Shown here: positions 9,899 to 23,847 of the stretch, piece by piece
How the letters are laid out: each line of letters starts with the position of its first letter
Position numbering within the stretch: the stretch's first letter is position 1
NCBI GenBank assembly: GCA_016207405.1
Contig: JACQPQ010000034.1
Span: forward strand, 1-56,370
Direction: 5' to 3'
Source of the DNA: Gammaproteobacteria bacterium
GTDB lineage: Bacteria; Pseudomonadota; Gammaproteobacteria; JACQPQ01
Length of the DNA: 56,370 nt
Program-made: the position numbers and the translations under genes
Notes under the pieces: model-generated
Seen by the model: only the letters and a program-made list of their open reading frames with translations
Told to the model about the DNA's origin: nothing
The model's database searches: none

Positions 9899-12730
9899 AT
9901 GATGAATACCGCATGGCAAAGTTCATATTTTTCTGCCAGCAATGCTTCTTACCTTGAAGCCTTATATGAAGATTTTTTAAAAGCCCCGGAAGCTGTCCCC
10001 GCCGACTGGCAAACGGTGTTTAAGAGTCTCCCGGGATCACCTGGCGCTCCTCAAGATATTCTTCATTCTGAAATAAGAAATTATTTTTATAAGCAGGCAA
10101 GAGAGCCCAAAAAGCTCTCACCCCAAACATTCTCGGCCCCCCTTCCCCGCGACATTGACCACGAAAAAAAACAAGTCCGCGTCATACAACTTATTAACGC
10201 TTTTCGGTTTAGAGGCCATCAGTTAGCCAACTGTGATCCTTTAAACCTCTGCGATAAAAAAGTTCTGCCCGAATTAACGCTTAGTTTTCATAACTTATCG
10301 GAAGAAGACACTTCTCTTGTCTTTAACACGGGAACTTTTTTAAATTCGGTCGACTTGCCTTTGCGAGAGATCTTCCAAGTCTTATCGGACACCTATTGCA
10401 AAACGATTGGGCTTGAAGTGATGCACATGACAGAAACCCAAGAAAAGCGATGGATTCAAAATCGCTTTGAGTCTATTCGGGGAAAGCCCCAATTTTCCGC
10501 TGACATTAAAACTCAAATTTTAAATAAACTCATTGCTGCAGAAGGCTTAGAAAAATACTTGCATACGCGCTATGTTGGACAGAAACGATTTTCATTGGAA
10601 GGGGGTGAAAGTATCATTCCCGCCCTCGACGACCTCATTTCTCGCGCAGGCGCTTCAGGGATTAAAGAAATTGTGATTGGCATGGCCCATAGAGGACGAT
10701 TAAATGTTTTGGTCAATCTATTGGGAAGGTCCCCTGAGCGCCTCTTCCAGGAGTTTGAAGGAAAGTACGAAAATAATGGGGGCACAGGTTCTGGGGACGT
10801 CAAATATCACCTCGGCTTTTCCTCTGATATTCAAACTAAAAACGGCCCCATACATGTTGCGCTTGCCTTTAATCCTTCTCACCTTGAAATTGTTTCCCCT
10901 GTAGTCGTCGGCTCCGTGCGCGCAAGGCAATACCGGTATCAAGATCTCGAAAAAACGACGGTATTGCCAGTTATGCTCCATGGAGATGCGGCTTTTTCAG
11001 GACAAGGCGTGGTGATGGAAACGTTTAATATGTCACAAACGCGCGGATTTTCTGTAGGAGGAACGCTTCATATTATTCTCAATAACCAGATTGGGTTTAC
11101 GACGAGTCAACCACAAGATGCCCGCTCAACCTCGTATGCTTCCGATGTCGCTAAAATGGTTCTGGCGCCCATTTTCCATGTGAATGCCGATGATCCAGAA
11201 GCTGTTCTATTCGTCATGGAAGCCGCTTTCGATTATCGCATGACTTTTAAAAAAGATGTTGTGGTGGATTTGGTTTGCTACCGGCGCCATGGTCACAATG
11301 AAGCGGATGAGCCTTCTGCGACTCAACCCGTCATGTATCAACGCATCAAACAGCACCCAACCACCCTAACGCTTTACAGTCAAAAACTCATACAAGAAGG
11401 TCTTTTAACGGAAGAAGGACGGAACCATTTATCTAAAGATTATCGCGCTCTCCTTGAAGCCGGAAACCCTGTGATCTCCAATCTCATCAATAAAACCTCA
11501 CGTCCTTTTCTTAAAGACTGGATGCCGTTTTTGGGACAAACCGATACCTTAACCACAACGGATGTGAATACCAAGGTGCCTGAAGACACCCTTAAGAAGC
11601 TGGCTTATCAACTTGAACAAATGCCCAAAAATTTTACCCTGCATCCTCGTGTCAAAAAAATAATGGAAGACAGGCAAAAAATGACGCGAAGCGTTTTACC
11701 AGCAGACTGGGGGTATGCGGAAACCCTCGCGTATGCCAGTTTGTTGAATGAAGGGTTTGCGATACGTCTTTCGGGGCAAGATACCAGCCGAGGAACATTT
11801 TTTCACCGACACGCCGTATTGCATGATGCGGAAAATGGAAAAACCCACACACCATTAGCGCATATAAAACCTGAACAACCGCTCTTTATGGTTATCGATT
11901 CCCCCCTTTCCGAAGAAGCAGTCCTTGCCTTTGAATATGGGTATTCTACAACCGATCCCAAAACCTTAGTGATTTGGGAGGCGCAGTATGGCGATTTTGC
12001 GAATGGCGCACAGGTGGTCATCGACCAATTCATTAGTTCTGGAGAGCAAAAATGGGGGAGGTTATCGGGGCTTGTCCTATTTTTGCCGCATAGCTATGAG
12101 GGACAAGGGCCAGAACATTCTTCCGCGCGATTGGAGCGCTATCTTCAACTCTCGGCCCAACATAATATGCAAGTTTTAGTTCCCTCAACCCCCGCACAGG
12201 TTTTCCATATGCTTCGGCGGCAACTGAAAAATCGCGTACGAAAGCCGCTGATTGTGATGACGCCTAAAAGCATACTGCGGCATAAACTTGCAACGAGCAC
12301 GCTAGCGGAACTTGCGGAAGGGTCATTTCAGCCGGTTATAGGAGAAATAAACCCTCACGATCCTAAAAAAATAACGCGAATCATTTTATGCAGCGGAAAG
12401 CTTTATTACGATCTTCTCGTTAAAAGAGAAGAAACTAAAAATACGACAACCGCTATTTTCCGCATTGAGCAATTGTATCCTTTTCCAGAAGCGCATTTTT
12501 GTGCAAGCTTAGAACAGTATTCAAACGCTCAGGAAGTCGTGTGGTGTCAAGAAGAACCTAAAAACCAGGGTGCTTGGTATTCGAGCCAACACCATTTTCG
12601 GCATTGCCTTCAAAAAGGCCAGACGTTACAGTATGTGGGCCGCCCAGATTCTGCTTCGCCTGCGGTAGGATATAGTACGGTTCATGCACAACAAGAAGAG
12701 GCTATTCTAAAAGAAGCCTTACAAACCTAA
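9899..12730 (+). CDS. sucA: 2-oxoglutarate dehydrogenase E1
   Basis: [36 protein letters not shown] motifs. Confidence 0.97.
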   Translation: MMNTAWQSSYFSASNASYLEALYEDFLKAPEAVPADWQTVFKSLPGSPGAPQDILHSEIRNYFYKQAREPKKLSPQTFSAPLPRDIDHEKKQVRVIQLINAFRFRGHQLANCDPLNLCDKKVLPELTLSFHNLSEEDTSLVFNTGTFLNSVDLPLREIFQVLSDTYCKTIGLEVMHMTETQEKRWIQNRFESIRGKPQFSADIKTQILNKLIAAEGLEKYLHTRYVGQKRFSLEGGESIIPALDDLISRAGASGIKEIVIGMAHRGRLNVLVNLLGRSPERLFQEFEGKYENNGGTGSGDVKYHLGFSSDIQTKNGPIHVALAFNPSHLEIVSPVVVGSVRARQYRYQDLEKTTVLPVMLHGDAAFSGQGVVMETFNMSQTRGFSVGGTLHIILNNQIGFTTSQPQDARSTSYASDVAKMVLAPIFHVNADDPEAVLFVMEAAFDYRMTFKKDVVVDLVCYRRHGHNEADEPSATQPVMYQRIKQHPTTLTLYSQKLIQEGLLTEEGRNHLSKDYRALLEAGNPVISNLINKTSRPFLKDWMPFLGQTDTLTTTDVNTKVPEDTLKKLAYQLEQMPKNFTLHPRVKKIMEDRQKMTRSVLPADWGYAETLAYASLLNEGFAIRLSGQDTSRGTFFHRHAVLHDAENGKTHTPLAHIKPEQPLFMVIDSPLSEEAVLAFEYGYSTTDPKTLVIWEAQYGDFANGAQVVIDQFISSGEQKWGRLSGLVLFLPHSYEGQGPEHSSARLERYLQLSAQHNMQVLVPSTPAQVFHMLRRQLKNRVRKPLIVMTPKSILRHKLATSTLAELAEGSFQPVIGEINPHDPKKITRIILCSGKLYYDLLVKREETKNTTTAIFRIEQLYPFPEAHFCASLEQYSNAQEVVWCQEEPKNQGAWYSSQHHFRHCLQKGQTLQYVGRPDSASPAVGYSTVHAQQEEAILKEALQT

Positions 12731-12741
12731 GGACGCTACCG

Positions 12742-13911
12742 ATGAGAATTGAAATCAAAACCCCAACCTTCCCAGAATCCATAGAAGAAGGCACGGTTGC
12801 CAAGTGGCATAAAAAAGAAGGCGACACCCTCGAACAAGACGAAAATCTAGTCGACATTGAAACCGATAAAGTTGTCTTAGAAGTACCTGCTCCTAAACGC
12901 GGAAAGCTCATTTCTATTCAAAAACCAATCGGCAGCGCAGTCAAAGCAAAGGAGGTTTTAGCAGTTATCGATACGGAAATGGAAAAGGGGGAAGGGAAAA
13001 TGGAAAAGGAAAAAATGGCTTCAGGTGAAATGATTCAAAAATTAATCAGCCCTGCCGTTCGCCGCCTTATCGAGCAACACCATCTTTCTATCACTGACCT
13101 ACAGAAAGAAGGCCGCATTACGAAAGAAGACGTATTAGCTGCGGTTAAGAAAAAAACAACCCTTACTCCCGCTCCTCTTGCGGTCAAGCCACAAGAAACA
13201 CAAAGTGATCTCCGCCCCCAAAAACGTGTGCCGATGACGCGGCTTCGTGCCCGCATTGCAGAACGCTTAGTGAACGCTCAACATAATGCCGCTATTCTCA
13301 CGACCTTCAACGAGGTTAATCTTCAAGCTATCAAAAAATTACGAGAAGATCACCGAGAGTCCTTTGAAAAAACGCACGGAATTAAATTGGGATGGATGTC
13401 CTTCTTTGTAAAAGCCACCCTAGAGGCTTTAAAGCGCTTTCCAGAAGTCAACGCCTCTATTGACAGCCAAGATATTGTCTATCATGGGTTTTATGATATT
13501 GGCGTTGCCGTTTCAACCCCACGAGGATTAGTGGTTCCTATTGTAAGAAATGCAGATCTCATGACATTAGCAGACATTGAGCGCACTATTGACGACTATG
13601 CTAAACGAGCTAAAGACGGAAAGCTTTCGTTAGAAGAAATGACAGGAGGCACCTTTACCATAACGAATGGCGGTGTTTTTGGTTCTCTTTTTGCGACACC
13701 TATTTTGAATCCTCCGCAAACCGCCATCCTCGGTATGCATAAAATACAAGAACGTCCCATCGCAGAAAAAGGAGAAATCGTTATTCGGCCCATGATGTAT
13801 TTGGCACTGTCTTATGATCACCGTTTAATCGATGGCCGAGAAGCCGTCAGTTTTGTCGTCACTATTAAAGAAGTTTTAGAAGAACCTTCTCGTTTGTTAT
13901 TAGAAATTTAG
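12742..13911 (+). CDS. sucB: Dihydrolipoyllysine succinyltransferase E2
   Basis: Lipoyl motif ETDKV; [12 protein letters not shown]. Confidence 0.97.
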   Translation: MRIEIKTPTFPESIEEGTVAKWHKKEGDTLEQDENLVDIETDKVVLEVPAPKRGKLISIQKPIGSAVKAKEVLAVIDTEMEKGEGKMEKEKMASGEMIQKLISPAVRRLIEQHHLSITDLQKEGRITKEDVLAAVKKKTTLTPAPLAVKPQETQSDLRPQKRVPMTRLRARIAERLVNAQHNAAILTTFNEVNLQAIKKLREDHRESFEKTHGIKLGWMSFFVKATLEALKRFPEVNASIDSQDIVYHGFYDIGVAVSTPRGLVVPIVRNADLMTLADIERTIDDYAKRAKDGKLSLEEMTGGTFTITNGGVFGSLFATPILNPPQTAILGMHKIQERPIAEKGEIVIRPMMYLALSYDHRLIDGREAVSFVVTIKEVLEEPSRLLLEI

Positions 13912-13937
13912 GATTGCAAAATTTAAGGAAGTTAACC

Positions 13938-15368
13938 ATGCCACAAGAACACTATGATGTTGCGATTATCGGCGCTGGCCCTGGGGGCTATGTCGCTGCG
14001 ATTCGTGCTGCGCAAAAAGGCTTTAAAACCATTTGCATAGACAAATGGGTTAACAAACAAAATCAATCCACTCTGGGTGGGACCTGCCTCAATGTCGGGT
14101 GTATTCCCTCCAAAGCCCTCCTCGACTCCTCCGAAGTGTACGCCAAACTTAAAAGCATTGGAGAACACGGTATCCAAGTCGAAAATATTCAAGTCGATAT
14201 CGAAAAGATGATGGCAAGAAAAGACAAAATTGTCTCTTCTTTAACCAAAGGCATTGAATCCCTTTTTAAAGCCAATCAAGTCGTCTGGCGTTCCGGGCAA
14301 GCAAAATTGGTCTCTCCAACAGAAATAAAAATTTCTTCTGAAACCATCACGGCAAGCCATATTATTCTTGCGCCCGGCTCTCTTCCCATTTCTATTCCTC
14401 ACCTCTCTTTTGACGATAAAACTATTGTGGATTCAACCGGTGCACTGGAATTTCCAAACCTTCCTAAAAAACTCGGCATTATCGGCGCTGGGTTTATTGG
14501 GCTTGAACTCGGCAGCGTATGGAATCGTTTAGGTTCAGAAGTAACGATTCTAGAAGCTCAAGCAGAATTTTTACCCATGGTTGACCGGCAACTGGCCGAT
14601 ATCGCTTATAAGGAATTTACAAAACAAGGCATACGTATTCTCCTCGGTACCCAAGTGGTTAAAGCATCCAGCACAAAAACAGGCGTTCAGGTGCTGTACC
14701 AAAAAGGCCAAAAAGAAGAAAAGTTAGAAGTAGATAAACTCGTTGTCGCTGCAGGTAGACGTCCTTATTCAGAACACATCGCTGAATCAACATCCGGATT
14801 AAAAATAGACAAGAAAGGATTCATCGAAGTAGATCAGCATTGCCGTACCTCTCTTCCCAATGTGTATGCTATCGGCGACGTTGTGCGGGGGCCCATGCTG
14901 GCGCATAAGGCTTCCGAAGAAGCTATTGCCGTGATTGATACCCTTACAACCGGTCATGGACATGTTAATTATTCAGCGATTCCATCGGTCGTTTACACCC
15001 ATCCTGAAATCGCATGGGTTGGTAAGCGAGAAGAAGAACTCAAGTTGGAAGGCATAGAATATAAAGTCGGCACCTTTCCTTTTGCAGCCAATGGCCGAGC
15101 TAAAGCCATGAATGAATCGGTAGGTTTAGTGAAAATTTTAGGAGATAAAACAACGGATAAATTGCTAGGACTTCATGTTATAGGTCCTTTTGCCTCTGAG
15201 CTGGTTCATCAAGGCGTCATCGCAATGGAATTTGGGGCGAGTGTGGAGGATTTGCAACTCATTATATTTGCACACCCTACCTTAAGTGAGGCAGTCCACG
15301 AAGCTGCGCTTTCTGCAGATGAGCGTGCTATCCATAGGGTGAATAAGGGGTTAGGGGTTAGGGGTTAG
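13938..15368 (+). CDS. lpdA: Dihydrolipoyl dehydrogenase E3
   Basis: [26 protein letters not shown] motifs; start set to MPQEH after an AAGGA SD. Confidence 0.96.
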   Translation: MPQEHYDVAIIGAGPGGYVAAIRAAQKGFKTICIDKWVNKQNQSTLGGTCLNVGCIPSKALLDSSEVYAKLKSIGEHGIQVENIQVDIEKMMARKDKIVSSLTKGIESLFKANQVVWRSGQAKLVSPTEIKISSETITASHIILAPGSLPISIPHLSFDDKTIVDSTGALEFPNLPKKLGIIGAGFIGLELGSVWNRLGSEVTILEAQAEFLPMVDRQLADIAYKEFTKQGIRILLGTQVVKASSTKTGVQVLYQKGQKEEKLEVDKLVVAAGRRPYSEHIAESTSGLKIDKKGFIEVDQHCRTSLPNVYAIGDVVRGPMLAHKASEEAIAVIDTLTTGHGHVNYSAIPSVVYTHPEIAWVGKREEELKLEGIEYKVGTFPFAANGRAKAMNESVGLVKILGDKTTDKLLGLHVIGPFASELVHQGVIAMEFGASVEDLQLIIFAHPTLSEAVHEAALSADERAIHRVNKGLGVRG

Positions 15369-15371
15369 GGA
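15344..15371. repeat. Heptamer repeat (TTAGGGG), about 4 copies, overlapping the lpdA 3' end
   Basis: TAAGGGG TTAGGGG TTAGGGG TTAGGGA. Confidence 0.85.
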
Positions 15372-15388
15372 TTAAAGGGAATAGAAAA

Positions 15389-16564
15389 GTGAATCTTCAT
15401 GAATATCAAGCTAAACAAATTTTCAAGGATTACGGTCTTCCTGTTCCCAAAAGCGTATTGGTAACATCCCCTGAGAAAATAGAAACGGCTCTCAACGATG
15501 CCGAAAAAACCTTTACTTCCAAAAATTGGGTGATTAAAGCTCAAGTTCATGCAGGTGGAAGAGGCAAAGCGGGTGGAATTGTACGTGTTTCAAGCCGAAA
15601 AGAAGCCGGGGAAGCCATTATGCGCCTCATCGGTAAACGTCTCGTGACCTACCAAACCAACACAATAGGCCAACCCATTCACCAAGTCCTGCTGGAAGAA
15701 GCCTCTTCAATAGCCCGTGAACTTTACTTGGGCGCTGTGATTGACCGCGCCTGCCAACGCATTGTCTTTCTGGCTTCCTCTTTCGGAGGTGTTGAAATCG
15801 AAGAAGTCGCTGCCAAACATCCTGACAAAATTTTTAAAGTGAAGTTGTGCCCCATGCTTGGGATCATGCCCTATCAAGGACGACAACTGGCTTTTAAACT
15901 CGGTTTTTCAAATAAACTGGTCACCCAATTTGTGGAACTTCTCGCACAGTGTGGCAAACTTTTTGTGGAATCTGATCTCAGTCTCCTTGAAATCAATCCC
16001 CTGGTGGTTACAACAGATCTCTCTTTAGTGTGCCTCGATGCTAAAATTGTCGTGGACGACAATGCCCTATACCGCCAAAAAAAACTGGCCGCTCTTCGAG
16101 ATCTCACGCAAGAAGATGAACGTGAACGGAAGGCCAAAGAATGGGATTTAAACTACATTTCTCTCGATGGGGAAATCGGCTGTATGGTCAATGGCGCAGG
16201 CCTTGCAATGGCTACGATGGATCTGATTCAATTACAAGGCGCCTCCCCAGCTAACTTTTTAGATGTCGGAGGAGGCGCCACACGAGAAAGAGTCGCTGCC
16301 GCTTTTAAAATTATCCTCTCCGATCCAAAAGTAAAAGCCGTGTTAGTGAATATTTTCGGAGGAATTGTTCGGTGTGATGTTGTCGCAGATGGAATTGTCT
16401 CTGCCATCAAAGACGTCGAAGTTAAAGTTCCTGTCGTTGTTCGGTTAGAAGGCACTCACGCTGAAGAAGGCGCAAAACTTTTAACCCAAAGTGGCCTGCA
16501 CATAACTCCAACACGTACTTTGGCAGAAGCCGCTTCTCGCGTTGTGAACTTGGTTAAAAAGTAG
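15389..16564 (+). CDS. sucC: Succinyl-CoA synthetase beta subunit
   Basis: [34 protein letters not shown] motifs. Confidence 0.97.
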   Translation: MNLHEYQAKQIFKDYGLPVPKSVLVTSPEKIETALNDAEKTFTSKNWVIKAQVHAGGRGKAGGIVRVSSRKEAGEAIMRLIGKRLVTYQTNTIGQPIHQVLLEEASSIARELYLGAVIDRACQRIVFLASSFGGVEIEEVAAKHPDKIFKVKLCPMLGIMPYQGRQLAFKLGFSNKLVTQFVELLAQCGKLFVESDLSLLEINPLVVTTDLSLVCLDAKIVVDDNALYRQKKLAALRDLTQEDERERKAKEWDLNYISLDGEIGCMVNGAGLAMATMDLIQLQGASPANFLDVGGGATRERVAAAFKIILSDPKVKAVLVNIFGGIVRCDVVADGIVSAIKDVEVKVPVVVRLEGTHAEEGAKLLTQSGLHITPTRTLAEAASRVVNLVKK

Positions 16565-16565
16565 G

Positions 16566-17891
16566 GTGAACAAAATGAAATGGACTTTCTTCCTCATTCT
16601 CTTAGGCACTCCGACTATTTTTACAATGGCAGCGGAGCCAGAAAACCCAACCACCCTTGCCGCGGTACTTCAAAAAGTGATGGACCGCCACCCGATAGTA
16701 CAAGCCTATAAAGCCCGCAAAGAAGTCGCCCAACAAGGGGTGAGCGAACAAAAGTCTACTTTTTTTCCTACCTTAGATCTCACGCTCGCCATGGGAGATG
16801 AGTGGAACAACAACGCAACTACTCGCACACGTTACGAGGGTAATGATCTCCATAAACTCTTACGTCAAGAAGGTAATCTTACTCTCACGGAACGCCTGTT
16901 CGATGGGTTTGATACCTTAAGCCGAGTACGTGCCGCAAAAGAACGCAACCAGAATGCGCACTATGCGGTACACACAGTGGGAGAAAAGCTCGCCGTTCGC
17001 ACCATAGAACTTTATCTGAATGTGCTCCGACAGAGAGCTTTAGTTCAGATCGCAGAAGAAAGTGTTCGCACTCACCAAGACATTCTCTCCAAAATAGAAA
17101 GGCGAGAAGAACTGGGATACGATAAAAAATCAGACGTTTATCAAGCAAAAAGCCGCTTAGCACTCTCAAAAACACGAATGCACGCTCAAAAGGGAGGGCT
17201 GGAAGAAGCGACATCCTCCTATTTTGAAGTGGTTGGAGAAACGCCTGGAAACTTAGAACCTCCTTCGTTTGACGCAGCATGGACTTATCTCTCCATAGAA
17301 GAAGCGATTGAAACCGCCTTGAAAGATAATCCCAACCTTCAAGCGGCACAAGCCAATACCTCCGCGAGTCGATGGGATATTCATACGGCCAAAGCACCCT
17401 TTTTCCCGGCTTTGAATTTAGAACTGACAGGTGCAGAAGCTGAAAATTTAAGCGGGGTTAAAGGACAAGATGATTCTTATTTTGCAGCGCTTCGTCTTCG
17501 TTATAACTTATTTAAAGGAGGTGCTGATCAAGCCCGCAAGAAAAAGGCGGTGGAAACTTATTTCCAGGCGAGTGCCGAAGAAACAGAAGAAAAAAGACAA
17601 CTCCGAGAAGAAATGCGACGCACCTGGAGTAGTATAGAAGTGGCACGCGCCCAAATGGTTGAAGAGAAAGAACACCTGAAAATATCTGAGCAGTTAGTTG
17701 AGGTTTACCTAAAACAATTTCTGATTGGTACCCGACCTTTACTTGCTCTTTTAGATGCTGAAGACGAACGAGCATCTGCCAAAACTAATTTAAAAAACTA
17801 CGAAACTAAATTATTGTTTGAACAGTTTAGATTGTTATCCGCCACAGGGCAGGTTTTAAAACGGCTAAATGTTTCACTCAAACTAAAGTGA
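16566..17891 (+). CDS. TolC-family outer membrane channel (type I secretion type)
   Basis: Signal peptide; two OEP repeats (FFPTLDL...LFDG and FFPALNL...YNLFKGG); QFLIGTRPLLALLDAE. Confidence 0.88.
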   Translation: MNKMKWTFFLILLGTPTIFTMAAEPENPTTLAAVLQKVMDRHPIVQAYKARKEVAQQGVSEQKSTFFPTLDLTLAMGDEWNNNATTRTRYEGNDLHKLLRQEGNLTLTERLFDGFDTLSRVRAAKERNQNAHYAVHTVGEKLAVRTIELYLNVLRQRALVQIAEESVRTHQDILSKIERREELGYDKKSDVYQAKSRLALSKTRMHAQKGGLEEATSSYFEVVGETPGNLEPPSFDAAWTYLSIEEAIETALKDNPNLQAAQANTSASRWDIHTAKAPFFPALNLELTGAEAENLSGVKGQDDSYFAALRLRYNLFKGGADQARKKKAVETYFQASAEETEEKRQLREEMRRTWSSIEVARAQMVEEKEHLKISEQLVEVYLKQFLIGTRPLLALLDAEDERASAKTNLKNYETKLLFEQFRLLSATGQVLKRLNVSLKLK

Positions 17892-18023
17892 GATCCCATC
17901 GGTATATACTCCTCATGAATGAAGATGCTGCTTTTTTCACCTCTCTCCCGCCAGCGGGGGAGGGGGTAACATAGTCAGTATCGTCAAATTATGACCGCGC
18001 GCAGTATACCTTAATCCTAAATC

Positions 18024-18203
18024 GTATCCTCTTCTTCAAGTTTCATGGTACACGCGATGCGGCCAAAATTTCTTGTAGGTCGGCTGCTGGTCTTCGCACA
18101 GTCAACAGTGAGCGAAGCTGTCCCGTTTCATTTTGTCGGATTCTTCGCTTACGCTCAAATCCGACCTACAGGGTGGTTTTGCCATGGTTTTTGAAGAGGA
18201 TAC
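18024..18203. repeat. Nested inverted-repeat element (REPIN/MITE-like)
   Basis: Outer arms GTATCCTCTTC (18024-18034) and GAAGAGGATAC (18193-18203); inner arms GTAGGTCGG (18075-18083) and CCGACCTAC (18161-18169). Confidence 0.7.
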
Positions 18204-18248
18204 AAGGATTCGATGACTAAATCCTTCATCCTAAATCCTAACTCCTTC

Positions 18249-19472
18249 TTAATACAGCACTCTAAACTTAAGCGTATGTGGCACTCTTTTTAGCTCCTGA
18301 ATCACTGCCTTAGGATAATTTTTATCGACATCCGTAATGAGGTATCCAATGATTTCGTTAGTCTTTAAATACTGTCCGACAATATTAATGTGACTCTTTG
18401 CCAAGATACCATTCACCTTCGCCAGTATGCCTGGAACATTTTCATGAATATGCAGCAATCGGTGCGCATTCACCTGCTCCGGTAATTGAATGGCCGGAAG
18501 ATTAACACTTCCTAAAGAATTTCCTGTATTGATATAGGCAATGAGCTGAGAGGGAACATATTCTCCAATCGCTTTTTGCGCCTCTTCCGTTGCACCCCCT
18601 ACATGGGGCGTGAGAATAACATTGTCACATTTATCTAATGGTGACTGAAACTTCGCGTGACTTGCAACCGGTTCCTCAGGATGAACGTCAATCCCCGCTC
18701 CACCCAAATGGCCATTTTCCAAATATTTTTTAAGCGCTTGGATATCTACAACATGTCCTCGACTTAAATTAATAAACAGTGTCCCCTTTTGCATTAACTT
18801 AAATTTTTCTTCCCCAAACAAATTTTTATTGGAAGACCGACCATCGACATGTACAGAAACTACATGCGATCTTTTAAGAAGCGCTTCCAAAGTTTTACAC
18901 TTTTGGGCGTTACCCATGGCCAATTTTTCAACTAGATCGTAATACAACACTTGCATACCGAGAGACTCTGCCAAAATAGAAAGCTGAGAACCAATATTCC
19001 CATAACCCACAATACCTAACGTCTTTCCCCTCACTTCAAATGAATGGTGAGCTGTTTTATTCCAAATGCCTTTATGCATCTCATAACACCGGTCAAACCC
19101 ATACCGCATCAGCATAATGATTTCACCAATCACGAGTTCCACTACACTTCGAGTATTACTATAAGGCGCATTGAATACCGCAATTCCCCGTTTAGAACAT
19201 TCAGATAAATCTACTTGATTCGTCCCAATACAAAAGGCGCCAATGGCAAGCAATTTTTTGGCATTCTGGAGAATGGGCTCTGTTACTTCTGTAGTAGAGC
19301 GGATCCCCAGCATTGAAATATCGGGGATTCGCTCTGCCAGTTGATGGGCTTTTAAACCGTTGGGAAGAACCTCTACCGAATAACCCTCTTGCTTCAAAAG
19401 AAGAACTGCCTGCGTATGAATGCCTTCTGCTAATAAAACCTTTATTTTGTGTTTAGGATAAGACGTTTTCAT
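18249..19472 (-). CDS. serA: D-3-phosphoglycerate dehydrogenase
   Basis: FCIGTNQVD, NTRSVVE, GYGNIGSQL, TPHVGG motifs; C-terminal ACT domain. Confidence 0.95.
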   Translation of the reverse strand: MKTSYPKHKIKVLLAEGIHTQAVLLLKQEGYSVEVLPNGLKAHQLAERIPDISMLGIRSTTEVTEPILQNAKKLLAIGAFCIGTNQVDLSECSKRGIAVFNAPYSNTRSVVELVIGEIIMLMRYGFDRCYEMHKGIWNKTAHHSFEVRGKTLGIVGYGNIGSQLSILAESLGMQVLYYDLVEKLAMGNAQKCKTLEALLKRSHVVSVHVDGRSSNKNLFGEEKFKLMQKGTLFINLSRGHVVDIQALKKYLENGHLGGAGIDVHPEEPVASHAKFQSPLDKCDNVILTPHVGGATEEAQKAIGEYVPSQLIAYINTGNSLGSVNLPAIQLPEQVNAHRLLHIHENVPGILAKVNGILAKSHINIVGQYLKTNEIIGYLITDVDKNYPKAVIQELKRVPHTLKFRVLY

Positions 19473-20116
19473 AAGAGACGTAACAACTCATCAAAATTTG
19501 GAATGATGTGATCAGCATATTTTAAAATATTTTTCCGACAGACATTCTCAGTAAATGCACAAAATTTGTGTGCAAGCCCTGCTTCTTTCACCGCATAGTC
19601 GCTCATTCCATCGCCCACACTGTAAACAGGGCCTGTCAGGTTTAGCGATTTGACACAAATAACTTTTCCATCGCTTTTACATAACGGGTTTTCTAAGTCA
19701 AAGCCAATAATACTCCCCTTTAGATCTGTGATAAATGTATTGGCAAATATCTGTTTAAATGAGATCCCAAAAGGCTTGACCACGGGCCAAATAAATTCCA
19801 AAAACCCTCCTGAAATAATATATATCGAACCCCTGTGCTGTTTGAAAAAGGCTTGATTACGGAGGATAGACGGCGTGATGTTTTTTTTGAGATGGACTAT
19901 CACCCGCTTCAAATCTGAACGCCTGGCCGAAAGAAGCTGAATACGCTTTTGAAGCGACTCTGTAAAAGACATTTCGCCCATCACGCCTTGTTGCGTAATG
20001 CTTTTAATTTTTTCGATGACTTCTGGCTTATCTCTCAGCGTTAAAGCCGCCCATGCATCTAATGTTTCAACCTGAATAAAAGTACTATCAAAATCTAAAA
20101 GGAGGGTAAATGTCAC
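19469..20116 (-). CDS. serB: HAD-IB family phosphoserine phosphatase-like protein
   Basis: DFDST motif I, ISGGF, VGDGMSD; stop overlaps the serA start (ATGA); start set at GTG 20116. Confidence 0.75.
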   Translation of the reverse strand: MTFTLLLDFDSTFIQVETLDAWAALTLRDKPEVIEKIKSITQQGVMGEMSFTESLQKRIQLLSARRSDLKRVIVHLKKNITPSILRNQAFFKQHRGSIYIISGGFLEFIWPVVKPFGISFKQIFANTFITDLKGSIIGFDLENPLCKSDGKVICVKSLNLTGPVYSVGDGMSDYAVKEAGLAHKFCAFTENVCRKNILKYADHIIPNFDELLRLL

Positions 20117-20126
20117 AATGTAGTGG

Positions 20127-21563
20127 TTAGTGGTTAAGGTTACCTTGCAAAGAATGGCGCAAGGCTTTAACAATCTCTACAGTTACAAAATGCCCAATCT
20201 GTTCTGGACTGCCTTCAAAATGAACGACTCGATTGTTTTCCGTACGCCCCTTGAGCCTCACTGGATCTTTTTTGGAAGGCCCTTCCACCAAAACGGATTG
20301 GCAAGTCCCCACCATACTTTCATTCATACGACGTTCAAAGGTTTCGAGTCGCTTTTGAAGAATAGCCAATCTCTGCTTTTTCTTTAAAAGAGGAACCGGG
20401 TGTGGTAACCGTTCTGCAGGCGTCCCTCGCCGTGGGCTGTACATAAAACTAAAAGACTGGTCAAACGCAATATCTTCTACAAGGGAGAGAGTCGCCTTAA
20501 AATCTTCCTCTGTCTCGCCCGGAAAACCTACAATAAAATCGGAAGAAACACTCATGCCCGGTCGAATTTCTCTAAGCGTTTTAATTTTAGAACAGTATTC
20601 GGCCCGAGTATAATTACGCTTCATTAAACTTAAAATCCGGTCTGATCCACTCTGAACCGGAAGGTGAATATGACTAGCTAACTTTGGAACCTCTTGATAA
20701 GCCAACGCTAAACGGTTACTGAAATGAGCGGGATGAGAAGTCGTATAACGAATGCGTTCGATACCCTCAATTTCAGCGACGACTGAAATTAGTTCTGCCA
20801 AATCCACTTCCCGCCCATCCACTGTCTTCCCCCGATAAGCGTTCACGTTCTGACCCAATAAAGTTACTTCACGAACCCCTTGCTTTCTCAGATGCGCAAT
20901 TTCAATGATGAGATCATCAAAAGGACGACTGACTTCAATCCCTCGCGTATAAGGCACCACACAAAAGGAACAGTATTGATTACATCCTTCTATGATAGTG
21001 ACAAAAGCAGTGGGGCCTTCGGCACGCGGCATCGGCAAGGAGTCAAACTTTTCAATTTCTGGAAAAGATACATCCACTGCAGCTTTTTTTTCTAGGCGTA
21101 TCTGGTTAAGAAGTTCCGGCAAACGATGCACCGTTTGCGGACCAAAAATAATGTCCACATAAGGCGCTCGTTTTAAAATCGCTTCTGCCTCTTGACTCGC
21201 AACACATCCCCCCACTCCAATAATTAGATGTTTTTTTTGGTCTTTGAGTTTTTTAAAACGCCCTAACTCTGAAAATACCTTTTCTTGTGCCTTTTCTCGA
21301 ACGGAACAGGTATTCAAAAGTAGAATGTCTGCTTGGGTTGGATCGTGGGTAATTTCAACCCCCTGAGATGCCACCAATAATTCCCCTAAACGCTTACTAT
21401 CGTAAACGTTCATCTGGCACCCCTGGGTTTCAATGTAGAGTTTTGCTGAGTGACCACCAGAATCTTTAAGAGACTCTTTGGGAAGAGTTTTCTCCCCCTG
21501 TGCGAGCGTGTCCCGAGCGACGTAGAATTTTTCAGGTAAAAATGCAGGATGCATTTTTAGCAC
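20127..21563 (-). CDS. miaB: tRNA-2-methylthio-N6-dimethylallyladenosine synthase (start lies inside a repeat element)
   Basis: [14 protein letters not shown], radical SAM motif CNQYCSFC, C-terminal TRAM domain. Confidence 0.94.
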   Translation of the reverse strand: MLKMHPAFLPEKFYVARDTLAQGEKTLPKESLKDSGGHSAKLYIETQGCQMNVYDSKRLGELLVASQGVEITHDPTQADILLLNTCSVREKAQEKVFSELGRFKKLKDQKKHLIIGVGGCVASQEAEAILKRAPYVDIIFGPQTVHRLPELLNQIRLEKKAAVDVSFPEIEKFDSLPMPRAEGPTAFVTIIEGCNQYCSFCVVPYTRGIEVSRPFDDLIIEIAHLRKQGVREVTLLGQNVNAYRGKTVDGREVDLAELISVVAEIEGIERIRYTTSHPAHFSNRLALAYQEVPKLASHIHLPVQSGSDRILSLMKRNYTRAEYCSKIKTLREIRPGMSVSSDFIVGFPGETEEDFKATLSLVEDIAFDQSFSFMYSPRRGTPAERLPHPVPLLKKKQRLAILQKRLETFERRMNESMVGTCQSVLVEGPSKKDPVRLKGRTENNRVVHFEGSPEQIGHFVTVEIVKALRHSLQGNLNH

Positions 21564-21662
21564 ACTGGAGATAGGATATCGACTGTGCGCGGCCTGAAAA
21601 ATTCTAGGAGCGCAGGGACACTCGTGCTCGCACCGGGGGAGAAAACCTGCCCAAAGAGTCTC
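21470..21662. mobile_element. 193-bp palindromic MITE-like element (family B-related)
   Basis: Terminal inverted repeats GAGACTCTTTGGG/CCCAAAGAGTCTC; inner arms GTTTTCTCCCCC/GGGGGAGAAAAC and TAGAATTTTTCAGG/CCTGAAAAATTCTA; ~30-nt core shared with 31791-31822. Confidence 0.8.
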
Positions 21663-21719
21663 AAATTGTTAGAAAACTTTTGAGATTTCTCAGAGAGTTT
21701 AGAAGATAGCACGAATAAC

Positions 21720-23846
<2,127 letters not shown>

Positions 23847-23847
<1 letters not shown>

